Positions 30,684 to 40,393 of a stretch of DNA of 64,000 bases are shown piece after piece. Position numbers and translations under genes: made by a program. The stretch comes from Candidatus Tenebribacter burtonii (GTDB lineage: Bacteria > Cloacimonadota > Cloacimonadia > Cloacimonadales > TCS61), in contig JAVCCF010000023.1 in NCBI GenBank assembly GCA_030765625.1, positions 526-64,525 on the forward strand. The letters are read 5' to 3'. The stretch's first letter is position 1. Each line of letters begins with the position of its first letter. The notes under the pieces were generated by a model. The model worked only from the letters and a program-made list of their open reading frames with translations. It was not told the DNA's origin and made no database searches.

Positions 30684-32666
30684 TTGAAAAGATATATTAT
30701 TGTATTAATTGTACTTGCTTCTTCAATACTTAGTGCAGTTGATTATTACATAGCTACGGGTGAGAATGTAAGACCTTTAGTGCGGGATACACTTGCTTAC
30801 TATCATACAAATACAGATGACCAGCACTGGTTCGGCAGCGATAGCTGGGCAGTAAAATTTGAATTTAATGAATTTTATGCAGGAATTGATTCCCTACTTT
30901 TTGAAGCTGAAGGTGCAGATATATACATACCGGGAATAAGCGGAATAGATCCATTAGTCATAAAACTCTGTAAAGATTCATTTGGTCAACCCCTTATTGA
31001 ACCTGATAGTTTATTATTTTCGCACACTCTGCAAGCTTCTGAAATTCAATATCAAGATTGGAATTATATTCCCTTTACAAATGTTATTACAGATACAACT
31101 CTCTGGCTTGTAGTGGATTATCCAACAAATACTACAACCCAGTTCATATCAGCTTCTGCAGTTGGTGGTTTGCAAAGTTATTTTTTTAATGATGGTTACT
31201 ATCACAGTATGTTCAGTATCAGTTATGATTCGGAATTTCTATTTAGTCTTCAAGGTAGATTTTTAACAACGGGAACTGATCTTGATCTGGTATCAATCAA
31301 TTGGGTAGGTGAATTCCAGCCGGATAATTTTATATACCCAATACTTACAATAAAGAATAACTCTGATATCCCGGTTTCTGGAAGTTATGTCATTCCTTTA
31401 TTAGAAGATCCAAATGGTACAATTGAGCTTATTTACATAGCAGATAGTACATCTTGCCAGCAAATTGATTTACCAGTACTTAATGCAAATGAAATTTATG
31501 TGTTCGATGTCAGTGATAGTCTTGGGTACCTACTCCCTGACAGGGCTTCTCAATATAAATTTGCAGCTGAGCTGTTTTGTATAACTGATAGTTTATCACA
31601 GAATAATTCAATTGAAGATGAATTTCAAATTTATGTTGAGGAAACAGAAATTCTTTTAATTGAGGATGCGGTACAGTTAAATGATTCAAATTCTAATGAT
31701 ATCTGGTTGACTCAAGCATCAATCCTGGATACTTCAAATTGTATAACAATTAATTATTTTGCAGATCTCATTGATGAACCGTTTTTTAATTATGATTCTT
31801 ATCAAAGGTTTCATTATTATGATCTAATGGGATTCCCTGCAACAATCGTAGGGGGTAGTGAAAAACTGCTGGGTTATTATAATGGGTATTCTAATCAGCT
31901 AACTGAACTCTATAACACTACACTTTTAAACAATTCATTCATAAGCAATGATACTTGTTACGCTTTCTATAACGATTTAGGAAATGTTAGTTTTTCTTAT
32001 GAATTAGAAAATAATGAAACGTTACTTTTTGATGATTTCATTAATGATCTTACATTGCGGATTGGAGTGATAGAAAATGTTAAAAATGAGACTGGTATAC
32101 CAGCTGATATAAATATTCCTGTTTTTACATATTTGATTGCCGAAATTGATGCAACTCAGTTTTTGGATAGCTCAACAATTTCTGACACAGTTCATTTCAA
32201 CATGAGTGAAGATTTTGAAACAATAAGTGATACTACTGCAACAAAGGATAACTGCGAAGTTGTTTTTTGGCTGCAAAATGATGTAACAAAAGAGATTTTT
32301 CATGTGAATAAACTTCCATTCACGGAATTCCAACCCGGGCTTGTTAGTTTAGATGATAATGAAATTTCTAATACAGAACACAGTCTGCTGATCTTTCCAA
32401 ATCCGTGTAAAACTACAGAAACAATGAATATTTCTTTCTCTCTTCCAAATACGATCCAATCTGCTGAATTAAAGATCTACAACATAAAAGGGCAGTTAGT
32501 GAAAACAATAACACAAGAACCGGTAACACAAAATGTTTCATTTATTTGGAATGGGAAAAATAACGTAAATAAGCAAGTTTCCAGTGGGATATATCTCATG
32601 CAGATCAAGGCTGAAGCTAACGGAAGAAAATATAAATTCTACAAAAAAAGTTTATTGATCAGGTAA
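30684..32666 (+). CDS. T9SS-sorted secreted protein of unknown function
   Basis: Signal peptide and a C-terminal FPNPC...LKIYNIKGQLV...SSGIYLMQI...KKSLLIR sorting domain. I prefer the second TTG (30684, 6 nt after AAGGAG) over the track start at 30678. Confidence 0.7.
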   Translation: MKRYIIVLIVLASSILSAVDYYIATGENVRPLVRDTLAYYHTNTDDQHWFGSDSWAVKFEFNEFYAGIDSLLFEAEGADIYIPGISGIDPLVIKLCKDSFGQPLIEPDSLLFSHTLQASEIQYQDWNYIPFTNVITDTTLWLVVDYPTNTTTQFISASAVGGLQSYFFNDGYYHSMFSISYDSEFLFSLQGRFLTTGTDLDLVSINWVGEFQPDNFIYPILTIKNNSDIPVSGSYVIPLLEDPNGTIELIYIADSTSCQQIDLPVLNANEIYVFDVSDSLGYLLPDRASQYKFAAELFCITDSLSQNNSIEDEFQIYVEETEILLIEDAVQLNDSNSNDIWLTQASILDTSNCITINYFADLIDEPFFNYDSYQRFHYYDLMGFPATIVGGSEKLLGYYNGYSNQLTELYNTTLLNNSFISNDTCYAFYNDLGNVSFSYELENNETLLFDDFINDLTLRIGVIENVKNETGIPADINIPVFTYLIAEIDATQFLDSSTISDTVHFNMSEDFETISDTTATKDNCEVVFWLQNDVTKEIFHVNKLPFTEFQPGLVSLDDNEISNTEHSLLIFPNPCKTTETMNISFSLPNTIQSAELKIYNIKGQLVKTITQEPVTQNVSFIWNGKNNVNKQVSSGIYLMQIKAEANGRKYKFYKKSLLIR

Positions 32667-32668
32667 AA

Positions 32669-33718
32669 ATGAAAAATAAAAATATCTTCAACAAGAAATA
32701 CTTTGAGCTTACAGGATGCGTTCACAATCATTCTGAGTATTCATTTGATTCTCAGGTTAAACTGAGTAAAATAATTATAGCAGCAAAGAAGAATGAACTG
32801 GATTACCTGACAATAAACGATCATCACACGATGGTTGCACGAGAAGATGATGCAGTTAAAAAGGAAAACGATCTTTTCATTATCATTGGTGCTGAAATTA
32901 ACGATCCCCAGAAGAATAATCATTTTCTAGTATTTAACACTAATGAAATTATCCAAGGCAAAGAAGCAAGAGAATATATTCAGCGTTATGCCGAATCAGA
33001 CGCAATTTGTTTTGCCGCACATCCTTTTGAAAAAAGAGCTTCCAAACGCTTCAGAAAATATATTTGGACGGATAAGAAAAACGATGATTTTGATGGAATC
33101 GAAATTTGGAATTACCTTTCTGAATGGCTCGGAAAATTAAATCCAATATTAAATGGAATATTCTTTATTCTTTTCCCTTCTTTGTTCGTGAAGAAACCAC
33201 TTCGCGAAGCTCTGGATTACTGGGATGAATTGAATAATGCGGGGAAGAGAAGATCAGCTATAGGCAGTGTAGATGCTCATTCGGAAAAAATAGTAAAATT
33301 TGGCATCAAATTAGAATTTCTCACTCACAAAATATTGTTTCGTTCAATTCGTACAAATGTTCTTATTCCTGAAGAAGCCCAAATTGATCAGCAAAATATT
33401 TTGAAAGCTTTAAAGAATGGTAATAGTTATATAGTAAATTACAAAGTTGGAAATCCATACGATTTTTATGCAGGTATTGCATCATCAAAAGATGATAGTG
33501 CTATCTTTGGTGAAGAGTTATCATTTACTGAGAATATGTATTTTTATTTCAGACTTCCCAAAATTGCCAGAGTAAAACTTTATAGAAATGGGAAGAAGAT
33601 CGCTTCTAAACTTGATGAAAAGGGAAGATTTGAAATTAAACAAAAAGGGAATTACAGGTTAGAAATTTATAGATTCGGTTATGGCTGGATCTTCACAAAT
33701 AATATTTATATAATATAG
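32669..33718 (+). CDS. PHP-domain (polymerase/histidinol-phosphatase-like) metallohydrolase
   Basis: CVHNHSEYSFDS, NDHHT and SVDAHS metal-binding motifs. It starts 3 nt after the upstream stop. Confidence 0.7.
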   Translation: MKNKNIFNKKYFELTGCVHNHSEYSFDSQVKLSKIIIAAKKNELDYLTINDHHTMVAREDDAVKKENDLFIIIGAEINDPQKNNHFLVFNTNEIIQGKEAREYIQRYAESDAICFAAHPFEKRASKRFRKYIWTDKKNDDFDGIEIWNYLSEWLGKLNPILNGIFFILFPSLFVKKPLREALDYWDELNNAGKRRSAIGSVDAHSEKIVKFGIKLEFLTHKILFRSIRTNVLIPEEAQIDQQNILKALKNGNSYIVNYKVGNPYDFYAGIASSKDDSAIFGEELSFTENMYFYFRLPKIARVKLYRNGKKIASKLDEKGRFEIKQKGNYRLEIYRFGYGWIFTNNIYII

Positions 33719-33727
33719 GAAGGGAAA
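33717..33727 (+). repeat. 11-nt direct repeat AGGAAGGGAAA, left copy
   Basis: Identical to 37534-37544. It overlaps the TAG stop of the PHP gene. Confidence 0.6.
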
Positions 33728-33777
33728 TATAAACAATATTTCAGAAGATATTTTAGTAACAATAGTAGGAGTAAATT

Positions 33778-36700
33778 TTGAATATTAAATCTACCCACAA
33801 AGTAATAAATAATTATTATTCAGAAATAAAAAAATTAAAGAAATTAGATCAGGATAACGAAGGAGCAGTTGCTCCATATTTTGCTTCAATTTTAAGATTT
33901 TATTCTAATCAATTTAAATGGACTTTAATAGAACAATATCAGATGAATAATAAAGGCTTCTCAATTCGACCTGATGGAGCAATAGTTGATAAGTACAAAC
34001 TTATTCACGGAATCTGGGAAGCCAAAGATTCAAAAGATGATCTAGAAAAAGAAATAAAAAAGAAATTCCAAATTGGTTATCCTGCAGAAAACACAATTTT
34101 TCAATCACCAAACAGAATTATCATATATCAAAACGGTATATTAGCTCTCGATATTGATATCGATAATCCTGATAACCTAATCGTAGCATTAAAATTATTT
34201 TTTGAATATCAACCACCAGAATATATAGAATGGCAAAAAGCAGTCGAAGAATTTAAAAATAAAATACCTGAAATTGCAAATGGTCTTTTGAAAATAATCG
34301 AACAAGAATACAAAAGCAATAAAGTGTTTAAAAATGTTTTTACTGATTTTGAAGAATTGTGCAGGGAATCGATCAATAACAATTTATCAAAAGATGCAAT
34401 TATTGAAATGCTTATTCAACATTTATTGACTGAAAGAATTTTCAGAAAAGTCTTTCATAATCCCGATTTTATAAATAATAATACAATTGCTGTGGAAATC
34501 GAAAAAGTTATTAAAGCTCTAACTTCCAAATATTTCAGCAGACCGGAATTCCTGAAAAAACTGGATAGATTTTATTTTGCAATCGAGCGTACAGCAGAAA
34601 CGATTGAAGATTATTCACAGAAGCAAGATTTCATGAATACCGTTTATGAAAATTTCTTCCAGGGATTTTCCGTTAAAGTTGCCGATACTCACGGTATTGT
34701 TTATACACCACAACCAATAGTAGATTTTATGGTGCGTTCTGTAGAAGATATTCTACAAAAAGAATTCAATAAATCTCTTTCAGATGAAAATGTTCATATT
34801 CTTGATCCTTTTGTTGGTACAGGGAATTTCATTTTAAGGATAATGAAAGAGATTAAAAAGACAAACCTCGAAAAAAAATATGAAGAAGAATTACACTGCA
34901 ATGAAGTTATGCTTCTTCCTTATTATATTTCATCGATGAACATCGAACACTTATTTTATGAATTAACCGGAACGTATAAACCTTTTAAAGGAATCTGTCT
35001 AGTTGATACATTTGAGATTGCAGAAGAAGATCAACATAAATTTGATTTTATGAATAAGGAAAATACTGAAAGAATTGAAAAACAAAAGAAATCTCCAATA
35101 ACTGTAATAATTGGGAATCCACCCTACAATGCAAGTCAGGTAAATGAAAACGATAATAATAAAAATAGAAAATACGAAACAATAGATAAAAAAATTCACG
35201 ATACTTATGCAAATGATTCAAAAGCAACTCTTAAAAGTAAATTGAGTGATCCGTATGTTAAAGCAATTCGTTTTGCTTCTGATAGAATTGAAAAAAATGG
35301 AATTATTACATATGTTAGCAATAGTAGTTTTGTAACAGAAAATACTTTTGATGGAATGAGGAAACATTTATTGAAAGATTTTAACACAATTTACATTCTT
35401 GATCTTGGGGGTAATATTCGTAATAATCCAAAATTATCGGGAACTACTCACAATGTTTTTGGAATTCAAGTTGGTGTAAGTATAAATGTTTTCATCAAAA
35501 ATCAAACTAAAAAAGAAAAAAGAATTTATTATGCTTCTTTAGATGAGTACTGGAAAAAAGAGCAAAAATATGAGTTTTTAAATGAAAAAAAATTACATAG
35601 TAATATTATTTGGACGAAAATAAAACCTGACACTAATAATAACTGGCTGAACGAAGGAATCAAAGAAGATTTTAATAAATTTATTCCTCTTGGTACAAAA
35701 GAAACCAGAAGCAGTGATAAACTAAACGTAGAAACGATTTTTAAATATTATTCTCTTGGAGTTTCTACAAACAGAGATTATGTGGTTTATGATTTTGATA
35801 AAGAGAAATTGGAAGAACGAATAGAAAAATTTTGTGATGATTATAATAATGAAAGACGCCGCTACCAGGAAGAAGGAAAAGCAAAGAAAATAAGTATTGA
35901 TGACTTTGTGAAATATGACAAAGTGAAATGGAGTAGAGATTTAAAGAAAAAATTAAAAAGAAATCAATCTGCTGATTTCAACTCGTTAAAAATACGGAAA
36001 TCACTTTATAGACCTTTTTGTAATAAACTATTATATTTTGATAATTTATTAATTGATAGTCCAGGTCATATTTCTGAATACATTCCCAATACAGGAATTG
36101 AAAATGAGAACAGAATAATTTTTGTTAGTGGTATCGCACATAAAAAACCGTTTCAAACATTAATGGTAAATAAAATTACTTCATTAGATTTTTTAGAAAA
36201 ATCACAATGTTTCCCTTTCTATGTTTATGATAAAAAGGGGGGAAAGCGAACTGAAAATATTACTGATTGGACATTAAATAAATTCAGAGAATATTACAAA
36301 GATAATAATTTAACGAAATGGGATATATTTTATTATGTTTATGCAGTTCTACATCATACCGAATACAGGGAGAAATATTCTGCAAACTTGAAAAGAGAAT
36401 TACCGAGAATTCCATTTTTAAATGAATTCAGCAAATTATCAGATTTAGGAAAACAACTTGCAGATATTCATTTGAATTATGAATCATCGTCTGAATATCC
36501 ACTTGAAATGAATGAAACACCGGATGAAAAACTTGATTGGAATGTTGTTAAAATGCGTTTATCAAAAGACAAAACAGAAATAAAATACAATGACTTCCTG
36601 ACATTAAGCGGAATTCCTGAAGAAGTGTTTCAATACAAATTAGGTAATCGTTCAGCATTACACTGGATAATCGATCAATACAGAATTAAAACTGATAAAG

Positions 36701-36849
36701 CAACAGGAATTACGCATAATCCAAATAATCCTGATGATCCTCAATATATCATAAGGTTGATAAAGAAGGTTGTTACGGTGAGTTTGGAGAGTGTTAAGTT
36801 GATAGAAAAAATTGAGGAAATTGATTCGCAATATTTTATTCATAAATAG
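33778..36849 (+). CDS. single-chain restriction-modification enzyme (type IIG/IIL-like): N-terminal PD-(D/E)xK nuclease, gamma-class N6-adenine methyltransferase, and a Type-ISP-like C-terminal target-recognition domain
   Basis: Candidate nuclease motif D66...E81-A-K83 (RPDGAIVD...GIWEAKD). SAM motif I LDPFVGTGNF and motif IV IIGNPPYNAS. The C-terminus reads YAVLHHTEYREKYSANLKRELPRIPF and KLGNRSALHWIIDQYRIKTDKATGITHNPN, as in LlaGI/LlaBIII-type enzymes. No helicase/ATPase motifs. TTG start after AGGAG. Confidence 0.75.
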   Translation: MNIKSTHKVINNYYSEIKKLKKLDQDNEGAVAPYFASILRFYSNQFKWTLIEQYQMNNKGFSIRPDGAIVDKYKLIHGIWEAKDSKDDLEKEIKKKFQIGYPAENTIFQSPNRIIIYQNGILALDIDIDNPDNLIVALKLFFEYQPPEYIEWQKAVEEFKNKIPEIANGLLKIIEQEYKSNKVFKNVFTDFEELCRESINNNLSKDAIIEMLIQHLLTERIFRKVFHNPDFINNNTIAVEIEKVIKALTSKYFSRPEFLKKLDRFYFAIERTAETIEDYSQKQDFMNTVYENFFQGFSVKVADTHGIVYTPQPIVDFMVRSVEDILQKEFNKSLSDENVHILDPFVGTGNFILRIMKEIKKTNLEKKYEEELHCNEVMLLPYYISSMNIEHLFYELTGTYKPFKGICLVDTFEIAEEDQHKFDFMNKENTERIEKQKKSPITVIIGNPPYNASQVNENDNNKNRKYETIDKKIHDTYANDSKATLKSKLSDPYVKAIRFASDRIEKNGIITYVSNSSFVTENTFDGMRKHLLKDFNTIYILDLGGNIRNNPKLSGTTHNVFGIQVGVSINVFIKNQTKKEKRIYYASLDEYWKKEQKYEFLNEKKLHSNIIWTKIKPDTNNNWLNEGIKEDFNKFIPLGTKETRSSDKLNVETIFKYYSLGVSTNRDYVVYDFDKEKLEERIEKFCDDYNNERRRYQEEGKAKKISIDDFVKYDKVKWSRDLKKKLKRNQSADFNSLKIRKSLYRPFCNKLLYFDNLLIDSPGHISEYIPNTGIENENRIIFVSGIAHKKPFQTLMVNKITSLDFLEKSQCFPFYVYDKKGGKRTENITDWTLNKFREYYKDNNLTKWDIFYYVYAVLHHTEYREKYSANLKRELPRIPFLNEFSKLSDLGKQLADIHLNYESSSEYPLEMNETPDEKLDWNVVKMRLSKDKTEIKYNDFLTLSGIPEEVFQYKLGNRSALHWIIDQYRIKTDKATGITHNPNNPDDPQYIIRLIKKVVTVSLESVKLIEKIEEIDSQYFIHK

Positions 36850-36864
36850 GGAAGAAGATAAAAG

Positions 36865-37549
36865 ATGAATATTAAAAGGTTATTGGATTTAATTTCAAAG
36901 GGAGAGAACATAGAAATTGAATTCAAACAATCTCAAAAAAAATTGAATAAAAATGTTTATGAATCTGTTTGTGCTTTTCTCAATCGCAATGGTGGTCACC
37001 TAATTTTGGGTATTAAGGATAATGGAACAATTTGTGGAGTAGATACAGATGAAATTGATAATATCTCCTGATTCTGTAAATACGGAAAACAGCAATAAGA
37101 CACATGGTACCGGTTTGATCGACCCAGCAAACTTTTCTCCATTTCCTAAAAACCCGACCATTGGAAAATTCTTTAAAGAAATAGGTAGAGCCGATGAACT
37201 TGATTCCTGTGTAAGAAATCTTTTCAAATATTGCAACGAATACACAGGTAAATTTCCTCAACTTATCGAAGGTGATATTTTCAAAATAATTATAACGATT
37301 CCTACGGAAGTTGAGGGATTAAGTGAGGGATTAAAATCTCTTCTGAATATGATTGAAAAAAAATCCGGTGTTCAAACCAATAATTTATCTAAGCTTCTTG
37401 AAAAACGACCAATAAAAACTATAGAACACCAGATTAAAATACTAATAAATAAAGATTTTATTGAAAGACGAGGAAGTAAGAAAACTGGTGGATATTATCT
37501 TATCACAAAAATGAAGAAAATTATAAAAAATAAAGGAAGGGAAAAATGA
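36865..37549 (+). pseudogene. decayed AlbA_2/RecG-like (Schlafen-type) putative transcriptional regulator gene: internal deletion plus frameshift
   Basis: The 68-aa ORF (36865-37071) carries the AlbA_2 N-terminus (IEFKQS...VCAFLNRNGGHLILGIKDNG). A 166-aa ORF in another frame (37049-37549) carries the C-terminal part (KNPTIGKFFKEIGRADE... plus a wHTH-like end). Intact family members have more than 400 aa. Confidence 0.6.
37534..37544 (+). repeat. 11-nt direct repeat AGGAAGGGAAA, right copy
   Basis: Identical to 33717-33727. Here it serves as the purine-rich RBS immediately upstream of the yhaM-like ATG at 37546. Confidence 0.6.
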
Positions 37550-38490
37550 GTAAAATTTTTGTAAAAGAGCTAAAAGATCATCTTAATAAGGAGATCATTA
37601 GCAACTTTTTGGTAACAGAAAAGATCCTACGGGAAGGAGCTAAAGATTTTTACATTAGGCTTAAACTGGCTGATAGTTCAGGTTCAATTGCTGCCAATGT
37701 TTGGAATAATGCAAAAGCAGTTGCTGAGATATTCAAAGAAGGTGATGTGATTCAGGTAAAAGGTTTTATAATAACTTACAAAGCGCAACTTCAAGTTACA
37801 GTAAATAAAATAAAAAAAGTACCTCAGGAAGAATATGATCTTAATGATTTTTTAGAGACAACTTCCAAAGATATTAGTAAACTCTCGGATAAATTATTTG
37901 ATTATATAAATAGCATTAAAAATCAGTATCTAAAAGAATTATTATTGAACATTTTCGAAGACAAAGAATTCTTTACCAAATTCGGGCAGGCACCGGCAGC
38001 TAAAGGCTGGCATCATAATTATATTGGTGGACTTCTGGAACATACTATCTCTGTTACGGGATTATGCGATTATGCTTCTCATAATTATAAAGTCGATAGA
38101 GATCTATTGCTAACTGGTGCGATATTGCACGATATTGGAAAAGTCTTTGAATATCAAATTATTCCTAATATAGATTTTACTCCTGTTGGAAGATTAGTCG
38201 GACATATTCCATTGGGAGATAATTTTGTGGCAGACAAATCTAAAGAAATAAATAATTTTCCAACAGATCTTCTAATGAAATTACGTCATTTGATACTATC
38301 TCACCATGGTGAATATGAAATGGCTTCTGCCAGATTACCCCAAACCTTAGAAGCCACAATACTTCATCAAGCCGATAACTTTGATGCCCAAACAATTGGC
38401 GTACAACAGCTTAAAGATGCAGTTACCGATGATGATGCCAAATGGACAGAATTTGATAGATTAAACAGCAGATATTACTATGTAAAGTAA
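37546..38490 (+). CDS. yhaM: 3'-5' exoribonuclease YhaM-like (OB-fold + HD domain)
   Basis: N-terminal OB-fold (LKLADSSGSIAANVW...GDVIQVKG) and an HD domain (LLEHTISV, ILHDIGK); 314 aa. Confidence 0.75.
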   Translation: MSKIFVKELKDHLNKEIISNFLVTEKILREGAKDFYIRLKLADSSGSIAANVWNNAKAVAEIFKEGDVIQVKGFIITYKAQLQVTVNKIKKVPQEEYDLNDFLETTSKDISKLSDKLFDYINSIKNQYLKELLLNIFEDKEFFTKFGQAPAAKGWHHNYIGGLLEHTISVTGLCDYASHNYKVDRDLLLTGAILHDIGKVFEYQIIPNIDFTPVGRLVGHIPLGDNFVADKSKEINNFPTDLLMKLRHLILSHHGEYEMASARLPQTLEATILHQADNFDAQTIGVQQLKDAVTDDDAKWTEFDRLNSRYYYVK

Positions 38491-38491
38491 T

Positions 38492-39280
38492 ATGTTTCAA
38501 GCATCTGTATTGGCGAGCGGCAGCAAAGGAAATTCAATCCTGGTAAGAACCGAGAGTACGAAAATACTTCTCGATGCTGGACTCAGCGGTAAGAAAATAA
38601 CAAATTTTATACATAGCATCGAATTGGATGAGAATAAAATAGATGCAGTTGTCATCAGTCACGAGCACAGTGATCATATTCGTGGTGCCGGAATTATCTG
38701 CCGTAAATTACAAATCCCACTTTATATATCTGAAAGTACTTATAATGCTTGCAATTTGCGTTTGGGAAAATTGCCAGTTGGTCCAATCTACTTCGAAAAT
38801 GGATCTTCGACATTTGTTATTGGTGACATTGAGATCAGAGCATTCCAATCCTCACACGATGTCGTGGATGGTAGTAATTTTACTTTGAGAAAAATTGGAG
38901 ATGATTCCCGTAAACTGGCAGTGGCAACTGATCTTGGATTTAGTTCCAATTTGATGATAACACAATTAAAGAACTCAACTTCAATAATTTTAGAAAGTAA
39001 TCATGATTTGAATATGCTAATAAAAGGATCGTATCCGCCACACCTTAAACAACGGATAAAAAGTAAGCAGGGACATCTTTCTAATGAACAGGCTGTTAAA
39101 GTGATTAAAGAAGTTTATCATCCTGGATTAAAAAATATAATTCTTGCACATCTAAGTGAGGAAAATAATTTACCCGAGATAGCTGAAAAGCTTATGAGAG
39201 ATTATCTCAATAAGAAAGATAAAAATCTCAATTTAATTGTTGCTTCACAGTATGAATCAACAAAAATAATAGACGTATAA
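38492..39280 (+). CDS. MBL-fold metallo-hydrolase (YycJ/WalJ-like)
   Basis: ISHEHSDHIRG motif; ~260 aa. Confidence 0.8.
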   Translation: MFQASVLASGSKGNSILVRTESTKILLDAGLSGKKITNFIHSIELDENKIDAVVISHEHSDHIRGAGIICRKLQIPLYISESTYNACNLRLGKLPVGPIYFENGSSTFVIGDIEIRAFQSSHDVVDGSNFTLRKIGDDSRKLAVATDLGFSSNLMITQLKNSTSIILESNHDLNMLIKGSYPPHLKQRIKSKQGHLSNEQAVKVIKEVYHPGLKNIILAHLSEENNLPEIAEKLMRDYLNKKDKNLNLIVASQYESTKIIDV

Positions 39281-39336
39281 TTAGAAAATCCGGTTTCGTT
39301 CTGAATTTAGGATTACACCGTGACCAAAAGGAAAAA

Positions 39337-40272
39337 ATGTTATTTGCAGTATTATTTCTATTAATCGGTTTTGTAATTTTGATAAAAGGTGCAGATCTTT
39401 TAATTGATGGTGCATCGTCGCTTGCTAAAAAGCTTTCTATCTCGGAAATTGCAATTGGACTCACAATAGTTGCTTTTGGTACTTCAGCACCGGAACTTAT
39501 TGTAAATGTATTTGCAAGTCTCGGTGGACATCATGAGATCACATTCGGTAATATTTTGGGAAGTAATATCTTTAATATTCTTATGGTGTTGGGAATAACG
39601 GGTATCATTTCAACTATAGTTGTCCAGAGAAATACTATATTAAAGGAGATACCATTTTTACTTGTTGCAACTTTACTAGTATTTGGTCTGTCCTTGTGGA
39701 ATTCTGATCTTTCGTTTTTTGATGGTATTATTCTTCTTGCATTTCTAATTATATTCTTCATTTATGTCATTGGATTTCTAAAAGCTAAACCTTTGTTAGG
39801 ATCAGACATAAAAGAACGCTCTTATTTAGTTACATTTATTATGATGATTTTAGGAATTACTGGTTTATTTTTTGGTGGAAAATTTGTGGTTGATAATGCC
39901 GTGATAATTGCTAGACATTTTGTAGTGAGTGAAAAGTTTATAGGACTTACAATAGTTGCCTTAGGAACATCTCTACCTGAACTTGTAACATCTGTAATAG
40001 CTATTACAAAAGGTAGAAACGATCTTGCAATTGGAAATGTAATAGGTTCAAATTTATTTAATATTCTACTAGTATTAGGAGTTAGCTCGCTCATTGCCCC
40101 TATACATTATAACATGGCTTTAAATATTGATTTTATATTCCTCAGTGTAATCACGATCATGCTATTTACTTCTATGTTCGTTGGCAAGAAACATAGACTA
40201 ACAAAGGTAGAAGCTATTCTTTTTGTATTTTTATACCTTCTATATTTAGTTTTCTTATTTATTCGGAAATAA
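39337..40272 (+). CDS. CaCA-family calcium/sodium antiporter (YrbG-like)
   Basis: Two alpha-repeat motifs, GTSAPEL and GTSLPEL, in a 10-TM-like profile. Confidence 0.85.
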   Translation: MLFAVLFLLIGFVILIKGADLLIDGASSLAKKLSISEIAIGLTIVAFGTSAPELIVNVFASLGGHHEITFGNILGSNIFNILMVLGITGIISTIVVQRNTILKEIPFLLVATLLVFGLSLWNSDLSFFDGIILLAFLIIFFIYVIGFLKAKPLLGSDIKERSYLVTFIMMILGITGLFFGGKFVVDNAVIIARHFVVSEKFIGLTIVALGTSLPELVTSVIAITKGRNDLAIGNVIGSNLFNILLVLGVSSLIAPIHYNMALNIDFIFLSVITIMLFTSMFVGKKHRLTKVEAILFVFLYLLYLVFLFIRK

Positions 40273-40347
40273 CAAAGATCCAATGAGAGATTTCTAATCT
40301 GATGTATTAGATTATCCTGAATAAATTTAGCAGATTTTTTAGAAACT

Positions 40348-40366
40348 TAAGAATTTCAAATTCTTA
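40348..40366. promoter_or_regulatory. 19-bp perfect palindrome TAAGAATTT-C-AAATTCTTA upstream of the exported-protein block
   Basis: 9-bp arms read directly from the sequence, 28 nt upstream of the ATG at 40394. One such palindrome per AT-rich 64 kb is roughly expected by chance. Confidence 0.2.
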
Positions 40367-40393
40367 GTGAAAATAAATAAAAGGAGATACGAT

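Noticed and set aside
33778-36849. Large NPPY methyltransferase considered as BREX PglX or a full Type ISP enzyme
   Set aside because: No brxA/B/C, pglZ or brxL genes are nearby, and no helicase-like ATPase motifs occur within the protein. The single-chain type IIG-like interpretation fits better.
40367-40393. GTG start proposed by the ORF track for the EEP gene, with similar upstream alternative starts at 6137, 14504, 18076, 21580, 30678, 48058, 58392 and 61405
   Set aside because: In each case a downstream ATG or TTG has a properly spaced AGGAG-type RBS or an ATGA overlap with the preceding stop. That start also yields a canonical N-terminus such as a signal peptide or conserved family start.
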